From Octopus bimaculoides (lineage: Eukaryota), in NCBI RefSeq assembly GCF_001194135.2, contig NC_068999.1, positions 3,463,030 through 3,527,029 of the forward strand: a DNA stretch of 64,000 nucleotides. The letters are read 5' to 3'. Shown piece after piece: positions 14,233 through 26,558 of the stretch. The position numbers and the translations under genes were made by a program. Within the stretch, counting starts at the first letter, position 1. Each line of letters opens with the position of its first letter. Under the pieces are notes generated by a model. The model searched no databases. It was not told the DNA's origin and saw only the letters and a list, made by a program, of their open reading frames with translations.

Positions 14233-15030
14233 AACAATAGTAATTAAATATAGCAAGAATGCAGAGATAAAAGCATGAGTGGAGGTTGAAGAGATGAGTG
14301 TGAGGTTAGTGGAGGTTTGAGAGAGGGTTTTTTTGCTAAGCAAACAGTAAATTATGGTGATTGAGTATTCCATGGTTTGTTTATCAAATCTAATTAATGG
14401 TGAATGCTGATTGATTAATGTCTGAGTTGCAATGAAGAGATGTCATAACTCTCTCTCTCTCTGTCTCAATCAAACTGACATAATAAAGCAGAGACGAAGC
14501 TAAGAGAACGTTTCCAACATTGGCTGGAATTACGCTATGATGGGTCACAGGTGATTAATTTATACCATGGGGTTAGAGAAAAACCACCTCTTTCTCTAAT
14601 TCTACAATCATAGAAGGATTAAAATGAAACAAGGAACAAGTTCAGATGACCTGTTCTTTGCTGCCAAGTCGTAAAAGACTTCTCTGTTTTGTTATTCGAG
14701 AAGAAAAGTTGGTAACAAACATTTGCAGGTCTAGAAATCCAGATGAGCCCACTTTGTAAAGAAAACCCAACTCGTTCTCTAATTCTATAACCAGAGAGAT
14801 TACAATAAAACAAAGAACGAGTTCTGAAATTAATGGTCGCGAAGGAACACAGATGACCTGTCCTCAGCTGCCAAGCAGTTAAAAAGCTTCTCCATCTTTG
14901 TTATTCTAGAAAAATTGGTACCAAACATTTGCACTTGGGTTCAGTGAAAGCATTTCTCTGAACCCTGGTGCTCCAGCATGGCCGCAGTCAATTGACTGAA
15001 AAGAAAATAATAATAATAATAATAATAATA

Positions 15031-15150
15031 ATCATCATCATCATCATCATCGTTTAACGTCCGCTTTCCATGCTAGCATGGGTTGGACGATTTGACTGAG
15101 GACTGGTGCAACCGGATGGCTACACCATGCTCCAATCTAATTTGGCAGAG
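15031..15150 (-). mobile_element. Retroposon family C, young copy
   Basis: Only about 5 mismatches by eye to the reverse complement of 22830-22950. Confidence 0.8.
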
Positions 15151-15163
15151 TAATAATAATAAC

Positions 15164-15360
15164 TCTTTCTACTCTAGGCAGAAGGCCTGAAATTTTGGCA
15201 GGGAGGTGGGGTTAGTTGATAACACCATCCCCAGTGCATGACTGGTACTTATCGACCCCCGAGAGGATGAAAGGTAAAGTTGACCTAGAATTTGAATTTA
15301 GAACATAAAGACAAATGAAATGCCACAAAGCACTTCGTCCAGCAGGCTACCAATTCTGCC
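15164..15360 (-). mobile_element. SINE family A, diverged
   Basis: Reverse complement of the family A consensus. Confidence 0.75.
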
Positions 15361-18300
15361 TGAATGATAACAACAGTAATATGATAAGGGAGGGGCCTTT
15401 TATAAGGTCAACTGATCTGCTAGAAATAGTAGCCAGATCTCCCTCAATTTAGACTGGCTTGAAAAAGGAAGAATTCATTGGATAATGAAGTCCTGGCTAT
15501 GCTTGAATGAGATAGTCATGGTTGGAACGTTTTTTGGTCATAAGATTGCATGTTGAAGGATGAAGCAGAGTCAAACAACAGTAATTTGACGATGATGATG
15601 ATGATGATGATGATGAAGAGTAATATCCAGGCCTGCCATGACTGAGCCAACTTCTAAGTAACAAGTATTCCGTCTGTAACCATGTAATGTAACGTGTGCT
15701 TCTTTATTTTTCAGATGCTGGGGTAATTTTGCTGTTATTTCTAACAGGTCAAGAGACAGCATAACAGAAGAGGAGAGACAATTAAAACGACCGCCACCAA
15801 CACCACCATCCCAGGATATTACTGGTTACTGCCTTCAGTAACATGAAAAGACTGAGATGGTAAAGATAAATGTCTGAGGCTGGGATTGAACTCATGACAA
15901 TGACTATTGAAATGAAGTGAAAGAGTGGACAAAATATGCAGAGCCTGTCTAATTAAACCCTTCTCCCAATTTCTCGGTAAATAAAGTAATTTCTTAATTA
16001 CATACTCCAACTCTTGCTTTAATTGGGGCAACAGAAATTGTAATTTTCACATTCCTAATTGTGTAAATGTGCGTGTGTGTGTGTGTGTGTGTGTAAATAT
16101 GTAAGTTTGTATGTATGTGTGTGTGTGTATGCAGACACATAAATGTACCTAAGTACATACCCACCCATATTTATATACACTTATTATTATATAAGCTGAA
16201 TGTCTCCCTATACACACACACGCACACACACACACACACATGGACGTTATCTGCGTGTGTGTGGATGTGTGTGTGTGAGTATTTATTCAACCATATTTAT
16301 GTACACTATTACAGAAACTGAACGTCTGCCTACACATAAACATCAAATCTCTCTCTCTCTCTCTCTAAATGTGTGTGTGTGTCTGTCTGTGTGTGTGTGT
16401 GTGTGCAAGCGCGCATATTTCAAAGGTTAGTTGTGAACTAGAAGCCACTCTCAAAGGATTCCAAATGGGTTTAGACAAGAATATAATTATTATATGCTAA
16501 ATTAAAATAAAGATGATTCTTTACAGACGGCCACATGTTTCCCTCTAACAAACTCATCAGAGAAATGTAATATTTGGTTCAATTGATGGATTGTAGAGTT
16601 AGAAAGGATGCAGGGGGGGGGGATCTATTTACATTAAACTAAAGGGGGCAGGGAGATGTTTATTAGGGGAATCGAGATCAGTTAGCAAAGGACGAAGTAC
16701 AACTCAAGTGGTATGAGATCTGAATAGAGAGAAAGAATTTAGTTGTATAGGGAACAAAAGAAGAATGAAGGGGATAAAGGAATTAAGGGAGTAACATGAT
16801 ACGTGATGGGAGGGGGGGCAGATACATAGTAATTTATTCCTCAATAAAAAAAGCAGAAGAACAAACATTTATTTTGCTTGTAAAAAATATGGAAAGGAAA
16901 AGACATAAAATTATTTTTAATTATTGTTCCATTTGTTTTAACCGTCCAACCCATGCCAGCATGGACAACAGATGCTAAACGATGATATATCTTGGTCTTG
17001 CAAATTACTCGGTGACCCAGCCAGTGCTGGTGCCACATAGAAAAAGGCACTCAGTCCATTCTGCTGAGTGGTTGGTGTTAGGAAGGGCATCCAACAGCCA
17101 AAAACCAGAGTAAACCAGATCCTGAATCTTGGCACCAACTCCTGTCAGACTGTCCAACCCATACCAGCATGGAAAGCAGACATTTGATGATGATGATATA
17201 TATATATATATATATATAAATAAATGTATCTGAGTATGTGTGTGTGTGTGTGTGTGTAGCAATGTTCCATATCCGATGACAGACAAAACTATTAATTTAA
17301 TTTCATTGATATATATTAAATGGCATTTTTAGAATTAATTTAAATGCTTAGTTGTTGTTGTTGTTTTCGTCGTTCAATTTGATAGTTTCAGAAATCTTGA
17401 ACTAACCAATATGTCGGACNNNNNNNNNNNNNNNNNNNNNNNNNNNNNNNNNNNNNNNNNNNNNNNNNNNNNNNNNNNNNNNNNNNNNNNNNNNNNNNNN
17501 NNNNNNNNNNNNNNNNNNNNNNNNNNNNNNNNNNNNNNCACCGCCACCACCAATGCCGCCATCACCACCACCACACATGCACACTGTGCTACAGAGATTC
17601 CAGTATTTCCACCAACTGTACAAATATGTAGTACTGTACTGTGTCACAGTTGTGGGGGTGGCGGCAGTGGCGACGGCAGCAAAGGTGGTGGTGGTGGTGG
17701 TGGTGCTGTATCATTGCTACAACATAGACTATTAATAGGTTAGTAGTACTGGATGATGGGACAGCTAACAGTGTTGCATGATGGGGGGAAGCATCGCATA
17801 CACATACACACAATAAGCTGTACACCGCCTTCCAAAAAAACACATATACACGCACACACACACACAACATACGCATATCTACACACACACACACAACATA
17901 CGCATATCTACACACACACACACACACAGCTCACATATATGCATATCTACACAACCTACACAACCGCCCATTCCACCCCACCCAACTGCATGTAATAGAT
18001 AAAAAGGAATTCAGATGTGAGGAGGGGGGCACGTCCCCCCGTCCTCCCACTCATAACATTTGTAAGTAGGGAAGGAGGGGGTATGACACCCCCAACCCCC
18101 GCCCAGCCACCTCCCACTAACCCTTGTAAGGAGGAAGTTAGTCAAGTCTGTAAGGGGTCAAAAATTTCTTACAGGAAACCCCAACATGGACCAGGTAATA
18201 CTCTAAATGTCAGCCTTAAGATGTTCAAATACCATTTATTACCATCATCATCATCATCGTCGTCATCATTTATATTATCATCATTATCTCTATCATTATA

Positions 18301-19444
18301 TATTATTATTGTTGTTAATGGACCCTGCAGAGGAATCTCAATTTACTCCTTTCAGCAATAGATGCCCTCATCCCTGTTTCAAAATTCTCGCTCTGATATG
18401 TGTGGTGTGTCTTTACATGCATACAAACTGTATGTGTGTATCTGTATACATGTGTGTGTGTGTGTGTGTGTGTGTGCTTTATCCTATAAGAGCTCAGCAG
18501 ACTCGGCTCATATTTAATCTATTAAATAACCCACAATGAAGACAGTGAAACACTCAAATTAACTGCTAATTAGCTGCTTCATCAGTCAGTGATCCACTTC
18601 AAGGATTAATTAACTCTATTCATGTCAGATTTAATGTCACCCCACCACCATTTTATAACCCTTCCTCCTCTTCACCCCACCCCACATACACACACACATC
18701 AATCCTTCTTTGGTGAAGATGTGGCTGTGTGGTCAACAACTTTACCTGCCAATTATTGTGACTCCAGTTTCCATCCTTACTTGAACAAATGTCTTGAATC
18801 ATATTCCTGGACCAACCGAATCTTTGTCATTGAAACTGGTTAGCTGTAAAACTGTCGGATGAGCAGGTTTGGGGCGACAGATTTAATCTCTCACTACACT
18901 TTCATTGATTGTACATTCAGACATTCAATAGGGTCCACTAGCATCATAGACTAATCAGTGTCTCAGTTCCACACCGTCAACACAACCTTCCTCGGGTACA
19001 TCGTCAGCAGGGTCTGCTAAGGTTGCATCCCAGTTTTAACACCACCACATGGACTTTGTGTTTGCTCTCAGTGGACTAAAAACAGTTGTAAAAGTCTGGG
19101 TAAGGCTTACAGTTGACAGCTAACTTTTCTTCCTTACTGCCCCCAAAAGGGGTCAGAGGTGCTACCTATCCTCATCTGACTTGCCCAGTAAAATGACTGT
19201 CTAATGAATTATTTCTCATCATCTCAATCAATCAACATCCACTAATAACTCATCTTCAGTAGATGTAAGTGATCAAAACAGAAAACAACATCAGCCATTT
19301 TGGACTGAAAATGAAATTTTCATGTTGTTCTGAGCTTTTTGAAGACCCGCAAAACAGATGAGGGACAGCAACAGGAATTACATCTGACAATAAAAGTCCT
19401 GCTTCAAAATCAATCCCTGTCCATGGACAACGAACGATAAAAGA

Positions 19445-19785
19445 GGCCATGCTGGGGCACCGCCTTGAAGAATTTTAGTCAAATGAATTGACCTCAGTAC
19501 ATTTTTTTTTTAAAAACTGGTAATTATTATATCAGATTCTTTTGCCAAACCACTAAGTTACGGGGTCATCAACATACTAGCATCAGTTGTCAAGCAGTGG
19601 TGGAAGACAGACAGACAGACACATACACACATATAGGACGGGCTTCTTTCAGTTTCCATCTACAAAATCCACTTACAAAGCTTTGGCCAGCCTGAGGCTG
19701 TAGTAGAAAAAAAGACGCTTGCCCAAGGTGTCACGCAGTGGGATTGAACCTTGAACCGTGTGCTTGAGAAGCAAACTTCTTATAC
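19445..19785 (-). mobile_element. SINE family D, near full length
   Basis: ggccatgctggggcaccgcc...gttgtcaagc...gggcttctttcagtttcc...cccaaggtgtcacgcagtggg. Confidence 0.8.
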
Positions 19786-20641
19786 ATAATTATATACCAA
19801 TCTATCTGTCAATAGAGAGATAAGAGGGTTTGATGGTACAAACAGCACAAGTAGAAATCTAAATATATTCAAAAGTTACTGTTTCTCGTTGTTCAGCTGC
19901 AAAACTAAACAAGTAGCTCAAAGCCTCACAGTTTCGTGTTGCCCTTGCCAAACTTTAAACACACACACACACACACTTACCAAATAATCTAATCACAGAA
20001 ACAAAACAGTCTTGTATCCAACTGAGTGGTCTACACTAAATAAATATCGACATGTTTCAAGTTATTATAATAAATATTTAATATCCTGTAGTGATGATAT
20101 CAAATTAGAGTGTGGTGGTGTATGTGTGGGGAGAATCAAGAGAAGAGATTGCTAAGATTGAGAGGAACATTCTCAATAAATACTAGTGATGATGATGATG
20201 ATGATAGTGGTTGGTGGTAGTATTAATAATGACCATAACAACAACAACAACAACATAGAACTTGGTGATTTTTGTAAGTAGTTATCAGGAATAAAAAGGC
20301 AGAAAATACGAGATAAAAGGTTAATTTCCGGTGAGTTTTGATGGTAATTTCTGATTTGTCCTAAATTTTAAATTGATAGAAATGGTTTCTAGTGAACAAT
20401 AATTGACAGGTGTATGTATATATAATTATGTATGTGCATGTATGCATGTGTGTGTGTGTAGGCGACACTCTTTGATGTACGCATATTCCAGTTTATATGT
20501 GCGTGTGCATGTATATATATACACACACACACATATATTTATATATATATATATATTTCTAACAAAACTGTCCGAGGAACAGGAACGTGAAACTCTGAGT
20601 AACAGCTTTTTGTTATATTTCTGGTGCTTTTAAATAAAGTG

Positions 20642-20673
<32 letters not shown>

Positions 20674-20761
20674 ATTATGCATGTCTGCATGTATCTGTCT
20701 ATATGCGTTCACACACATGTACTTGTATGTATACTCACACTTACACACACACAAATGTGTT

Positions 20762-20799
<38 letters not shown>

Positions 20800-21710
20800 T
20801 ACATATATACATCCGTACACACTAGTAAATCCACTCACAAGGCTTTGGTCAGCATGAAGCTATAGTAGGAGACACTTGCCCAAGTTGCCACACAGTGGGA
20901 CTGAACCCAGAACCATATGGTTGGAAAGCAAGATTCTTACCACACAGCCACTCCTGTGAACTATGACATCGTTTGTCATGAATGGTGACCATGGTTTTCA
21001 ATGGTGCATAAGCATCAAGGCAGGAGAAAGAGGAAGATCGACATACATATGCCATGGCCTTCTTAACAATTCCTATCTACCGATTTCACTAATGGGATTA
21101 TTCAACCTGGGGTCAGTCCCTTATCCACAGTGCCATTTTGTGTAAATGAAATCAAAATCCTGTGGTTCCCAAATGAACTTCTTAACTACACAGCCACGTG
21201 AATGGATTTGGTGGAAGCACTGGTCCTCTTCTCATACTTTACTCTCTCGACCCTCATCCCCTGGCATAAAGTTGTCCCCTGTTGGGGATCTGTGGTTTTG
21301 GAAGCTGCATGGTAACTGCATTCATGCTGGAAGCATGAAGAGAGAATGCGCAGCACCAGGTGTGAAGTGGTTAGCATTAGGAAGGACATCCGGCCCTAGA
21401 AAACATGTGAAAGCAGACATTGGAGCATGATGCACACTTTGGGCCCACAACATACTGACAAACGGTGCAACCTATGCCAGTGTCTGAACATAGAAAATAT
21501 ACCTCAAAGAATTCCATCTAACCAATGCCAACACAGTAAAGTAAATGTTAAAAACTATAATGATGAATATGATGATTATATGACAAACATATTAATCAGT
21601 CAAGAACCTTAGAAGGCAACTGTCCACATGGCCTCATACCAACACCAGACTACTGATGAAGCCAATCACCAGTTAAACTTCGCAGACACTGTCAATATTT
21701 TCTTTGTATA

Positions 21711-21898
21711 CGCCGAACGAAATGCTTAGTGGTATTTTGTCTGTCTTTATGCTCTTAGTTCAAATTCCCCCAAGGTTGACTTTGCCTTTCATCCTTTTGG
21801 AGTCGATAAATTAAGTACCAGTTGCATACTGGTGATCAATCTAATCGACTGCCCCCCCTTCCCAAAATTTTGGGCCTTGTGCCAAGAGTAGAAAAGAA
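21711..21898 (+). mobile_element. SINE family A, 5'-clipped
   Basis: Family A consensus from cgccgaacgaaatgcttag to agtagaaaag. Confidence 0.8.
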
Positions 21899-22203
21899 TA
21901 TCTTTTTTGTGTAAAAAACAAAATATCTGAATAAAATGGTGTTCTTTCAATAAATACTTAACTCTTTTCATATGATTTTACAGAAAACACTATATATATA
22001 TTATGGAGATGTACTTGCATAGCAAGTGACCTGATCTAAGATTGTGTGCTGGAATGAAAACAATTGCAGCATGGAAGGTGTTTATAAGCCATTTAAAATA
22101 GCACACAAAGACTGTTAGATTCACTTCAACATTTAAATTTAATTTGTCAAAATATTTTCGTCGCTTTGAGATCGCGACCTGTTCACTGACAAAATTCTGT
22201 GCT

Positions 22204-22254
<51 letters not shown>

Positions 22255-22785
22255 TATATATATATACACACATATATATATACACACACACATATATATA
22301 TACACATACACCCACATATATACATACACATACACCCACATATATACATACACATTTATACATCTATATATATACACACACACACACACATTATACATCT
22401 ATACATTTATATATTTCCATATATACACTCATACATATTTATATACACATAATTAATACCAGTGCTGTTATTCGGAGTGACTGTGCATGTGGTGTGCTCT
22501 TTTAAATCATCTACAATGACAGTAAAATAAACTATGTTGTTGTTATTGTAAAAGCATACAGCACAACAACAACAACAACAAGAGGGATGTGTGTGTGTGT
22601 GGGGTGGTGCATATATCATGTTTTATACATACATGTTGAATGCTGATAATATCTCTGTTGGGAGTTCAACAGAAGTAACAGATACACACATATTTTTCCC
22701 CTCCAGGGACCAGTTAGCAATCTCATATTATTGGATGGGAATTTCTCATTAAATCAGGTCTTTATTATTATTATTATTATTATTA

Positions 22786-22948
22786 TACTACACTCTCTGA
22801 GTGGTTGGCGTTAGGAAGGGCATCCAGCTGTAGAAACTCTGCCAAATCAGACTGGAGCCTGGTGTTGCCATCCGGTTTCACCAGTCCTCAGTCAAATCGT
22901 CCAACCCATGCTAGCATGGAAAGCGGACGTTAAACGATGATGATGATG

Positions 22949-22950
<2 letters not shown>
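22786..22950 (+). mobile_element. Retroposon family C: 3'-end fragment with (GAT)n tail
   Basis: gagtggttggcgttaggaagggcatccagctgtagaaac...ccaacccatgctagcatggaaagcggacgttaaacgatgatgat. Other copies lie at 1944-2112(-), 3965-4227(+), 13318-13480(-), 15031-15150(-) and 16940-17195(+). Confidence 0.8.
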
Positions 22951-22980
<30 letters not shown>

Positions 22981-23193
22981 GGCGGCGAGCTGGCAGAATC
23001 GTTAGCACACCAGACGAAATGCTTAGCGGTATTTTGTCTGCCACTACGTTCTGAGTTCAAATTCTGCCAAGGTTGACTTTGCTTTCCACCCTTTCGGGGT
23101 CGATTGAATAAGTACCAGTTACGCAATGGGGCTTGATGTAATCAACTTAAGCCTTTCCCCCAAATTTCAGGCCTTGTACCCACAGTAGAAAGG
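22981..23193 (+). mobile_element. SINE family A (tRNA-derived head, probable Meta-type central domain), full length
   Basis: ggcggcgagctggcagaatcgttagca...gttctgagttcaaatt (A/B-box-like), central gactttgc.ttcatcctttcggggtcgat..aagtaccagtt, and an (ATT)n tail. Confidence 0.85.
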
Positions 23194-23246
23194 ATGATTA
23201 TTATTATTATTATCATTATTATTATTATTGTTGTTGTCGTTGTTGT

Positions 23247-23456
23247 GGCGAGCTGGCAGAATCGTTAGCACGCCGGGCGAAATGCTTCATTGCATTCCGT
23301 TTGTCTTTACGTTCTGAGTTCAGATTCCGCCAAGGTCGACTTTTGCCTTTCATCCATTTGGGTTCGATAAATTAAGTACCAGTTGTATACTGAGGTCGAT
23401 CTAATCGACTGGCCCCTAACCACCAAATATCAGGCTTTGTGCCTACGGTAAAAAGG
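23247..23456 (+). mobile_element. SINE family A, full length
   Basis: Same consensus as 22981, in tandem with it and separated by an (ATT)/(GTT) tract. Confidence 0.85.
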
Positions 23457-23796
23457 GTTGCTATCTTTTAATGTTTTCAATGATTACCATAATATCTAGA
23501 TTTATATTCTCATACATACACACACTTCGAGTAATTGCATACACATATACACATAGAGGAAACAAACATGCATATGTATACATCAATGTATATATATAAA
23601 TGAAGATGTGTGTATATATGTAGACACAATTAAGAATGACAAAACCAGTGGAAGCAGTGATGTTGGTGGTGGTGGTGGTGGGGGTAGTGATGTTGTATTC
23701 ATTAAAAAGAAGCTGTTTTAAAAACACAAGATTCTTTTAACAATTGCCATAAAAATATCTATTTACTGCCTCTGTTGTTGTTGCTTTTGTTTCAAC

Positions 23797-23834
<38 letters not shown>

Positions 23835-23966
23835 TGAGACTGTCTGGGAAACAGAGAGAGAGAGAGAGAGAGAGAGACTATATAAAACTGTGAGACAAAG
23901 AAAGAGTACAAGATTATGTGTGAGCGAGAATGAATGAGAGGAAATGTGAATGTGTGCGTGCGAGAG

Positions 23967-24017
<51 letters not shown>

Positions 24018-24146
24018 GTATATATATTGTATTGTGATTCTTTGTTATATAAACTTGAAGAAATGTCGATGGTGTGTGTATGGGAGTTCGTAGTAACTAG
24101 TGCGTTGTAGTGTGGCACATAGTATAATGACGTTGTGTGTGTATGT

Positions 24147-24194
<48 letters not shown>

Positions 24195-24244
24195 ACTACG
24201 GTATTATAGAGATTGTCTAACGTGTATATAGTATAATGTGGCAG

Positions 24245-24280
<36 letters not shown>

Positions 24281-25362
24281 AACCTGTAGTGTGTAGAGCA
24301 GTAGACGGTGTATGTACATCTATATATCTCTCCTTTGTGTACGCGCGCGCGCGTATGTGTGTGTCCCGAATGTGAACATGTGAGGCTGGTTGGGGAGGCG
24401 CGGGAGGGGGAGCGAGTGAGCCTATGGTGGCAGCGTGTGAATATCGGTGTTAAAGAACTGACTTACTGAACAGGATGGAGGAGGAGGAGAAGGAGGGGCG
24501 GAGGTGACGGAACACTGTGTATATACATATATATATATGTATACGCGCGCGCGAGTGTATATGCATCCATACATATACATACATATATATATATATATGT
24601 ATATATATATATGGCACACACACGCGCTATGACTAATTCAGGAGTTCCAGACGAAAGGGAGAGGTTGTTGTTTGCCGATGCCATCGTCGCACTTTCCACT
24701 CATTGGTAGCAGTCTGATAGTTTGGCCAACTGCTAGAAATGGTAGTACAGCAGAGAATTTCTTTCTTTTTTTTTATTATTTTCCAAAACCCAAACCCGAC
24801 TTCATTAAGGGATTTAAGCACCGCCACAACCACCACCACCACCGCCATTACAACACATTTACAACTCAATGCACGCACACAAACACAAGATCTTTCTCTG
24901 ATTCCGAACTAAGTGCATTAGGTAAGATAAGACACCGTTCCATCTTTCCATCGTTCTTTCTTTCTTGTGTGTGCGTGAAGCTAACTACAAGTTGCCGGTT
25001 GTTACATACGTGCATGTATGTGTGTGTGTGCATCTGCTTTACTCCGTCCGTGTGTGTATACACCTACACTTACAAGGAGCCAATCTTTTAAGGGGGACAC
25101 TGCCATAATCAGAATGAAATAATGAATCTTTTATTGATTCCATTAAAACACGAACCTATTTTCCGACGACGACGGCATTAATATAAGTGTTACTATTATT
25201 TTTTTTTTATTAGCCACAGGGGTCTATTTACATACTACAAATGTAACCAACAGAGAAGGAACCAGAAAATATGTAAAGATATATATTGAGACAGAAGGTG
25301 AGATAGATAGATAGATAGATAGATAGATACATAGATAGATAGATAGATAGATAGATAATGTG

Positions 25363-25674
25363 CAATGGAACCTCGGTTTACGAACGCCTCTCAACACGAA
25401 CGAATCGGTTTACGAACAATTTTTCGAATATTAAACGTCTTGTGTAACGAACGCTTTTCTCGAGCAACGAATACGCAAACCGGCAACAAGCTGGGAGTAT
25501 CGATAGGAGAACGTCAGTCGCTGTCTGGCGTTCGCTCAGTGCATATCCCTGTTCGAATTCGCTGTGCCTTTGTCTTGATTTTCTCATGGGGGAAAAATAG
25601 TTTCGGTTTACGAACATTTTGAGTGACGAAGGTCATTCAGGAACGAATAAAATTTGCAAACCGAGGTTCCACTG
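25363..25674. mobile_element. pogo/Tigger-type MITE, 312 bp
   Basis: TIRs caatggaacctcggttt and aaaccgaggttccactg followed by TA; subterminal cggtttacgaac repeated at about 25374, 25406 and 25603. Confidence 0.85.
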
Positions 25675-26340
25675 TAAATTATGTATACATACACACACGT
25701 ATATAAAAATGGATGTATATATACACACATAAATACAATATACATGAAACACACACATACACACGTTCGTATGTGTATGTGTGTAATTTTCATTATGGAC
25801 AACTAAATAAATTTCAGAGTTCCTGTGTCGGGTGAGGACTCCTAAATGTATGAGACACCCTCTACCTTACTTGCCTTCAATTTGAGCTCATTTAAAAAAC
25901 ATTTTCTTGAGGTTCCCCCCCCCCCCCAGGCTCAGACCTCTTCCCATTACCACACAACCGTAGCGGCGGCTGGCTCTGTTCTGTCCTCATCGCGGTCCTG
26001 GCTTGGGTGACACAAAGGGTCAAGTGGTTCCTTTCGTTCTTGACGAACCATTTTCCCTCCTGTCTTTCTTGTTTCAGACCAAAAGGTCTTCATATGATTT
26101 GTGCTCCCATGAATGCAATATCAGTTGGTCCTTTCCCTGCAACAATACAATAGGAAATATCTCCCAAGGTAGTTTCGTGGTCTTCACAGGTCATCCTGAC
26201 CTGAATTTTCTGCCAGATTGAACCACTGAGGCCAAAAGTCCACATCAACACCAATAACTCTGTTCATGGCCCTTACTGTTTTTCCTGCCAATGTTACGAC
26301 AACACCCCGTCATGTATCAGTCAATGATCCCTTCAATAAT

Positions 26341-26558
26341 TCTTTTCTAGTCTAAGCACAAGGCCCAAAGTTTTGGGGTGGGGGGGGCCCAGTTGATTAA
26401 ATCGACCCCAGTACGCAACTGATACTTAATTTATCGACCCCGAAAGGATGAAAGGCAAAGTCGACCTCTGTGGAGTTTGAACTCAGAGCGTAAAGACAGA
26501 CGAAATACCGCTAAGCATTTCGCCCGGCGTGCTAACGTTTCTGCCATCTCGCCGCCTT
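26341..26558 (-). mobile_element. SINE family A, full length
   Basis: Reverse complement of the family A consensus, with few mismatches. Confidence 0.85.

Noticed and set aside
19256-19450. Candidate glypican exon 2 (acceptor at about 19385, a CCC frame), and a KME motif at about 12090
   Set aside because: No frame gives the expected HL.IC...TCC..EME pattern, and the Cys-rich frame stops early.
24467-24514. 48-nt frame-preserving cassette exon for the glypican-like gene (cacag|...|gtaagt)
   Set aside because: No polypyrimidine tract (the acceptor sits in a TA repeat) and the peptide VFRHLRPSFSSSSILF is implausible in the glypican fold; kept only as part of the 24.3-24.9 kb island finding.
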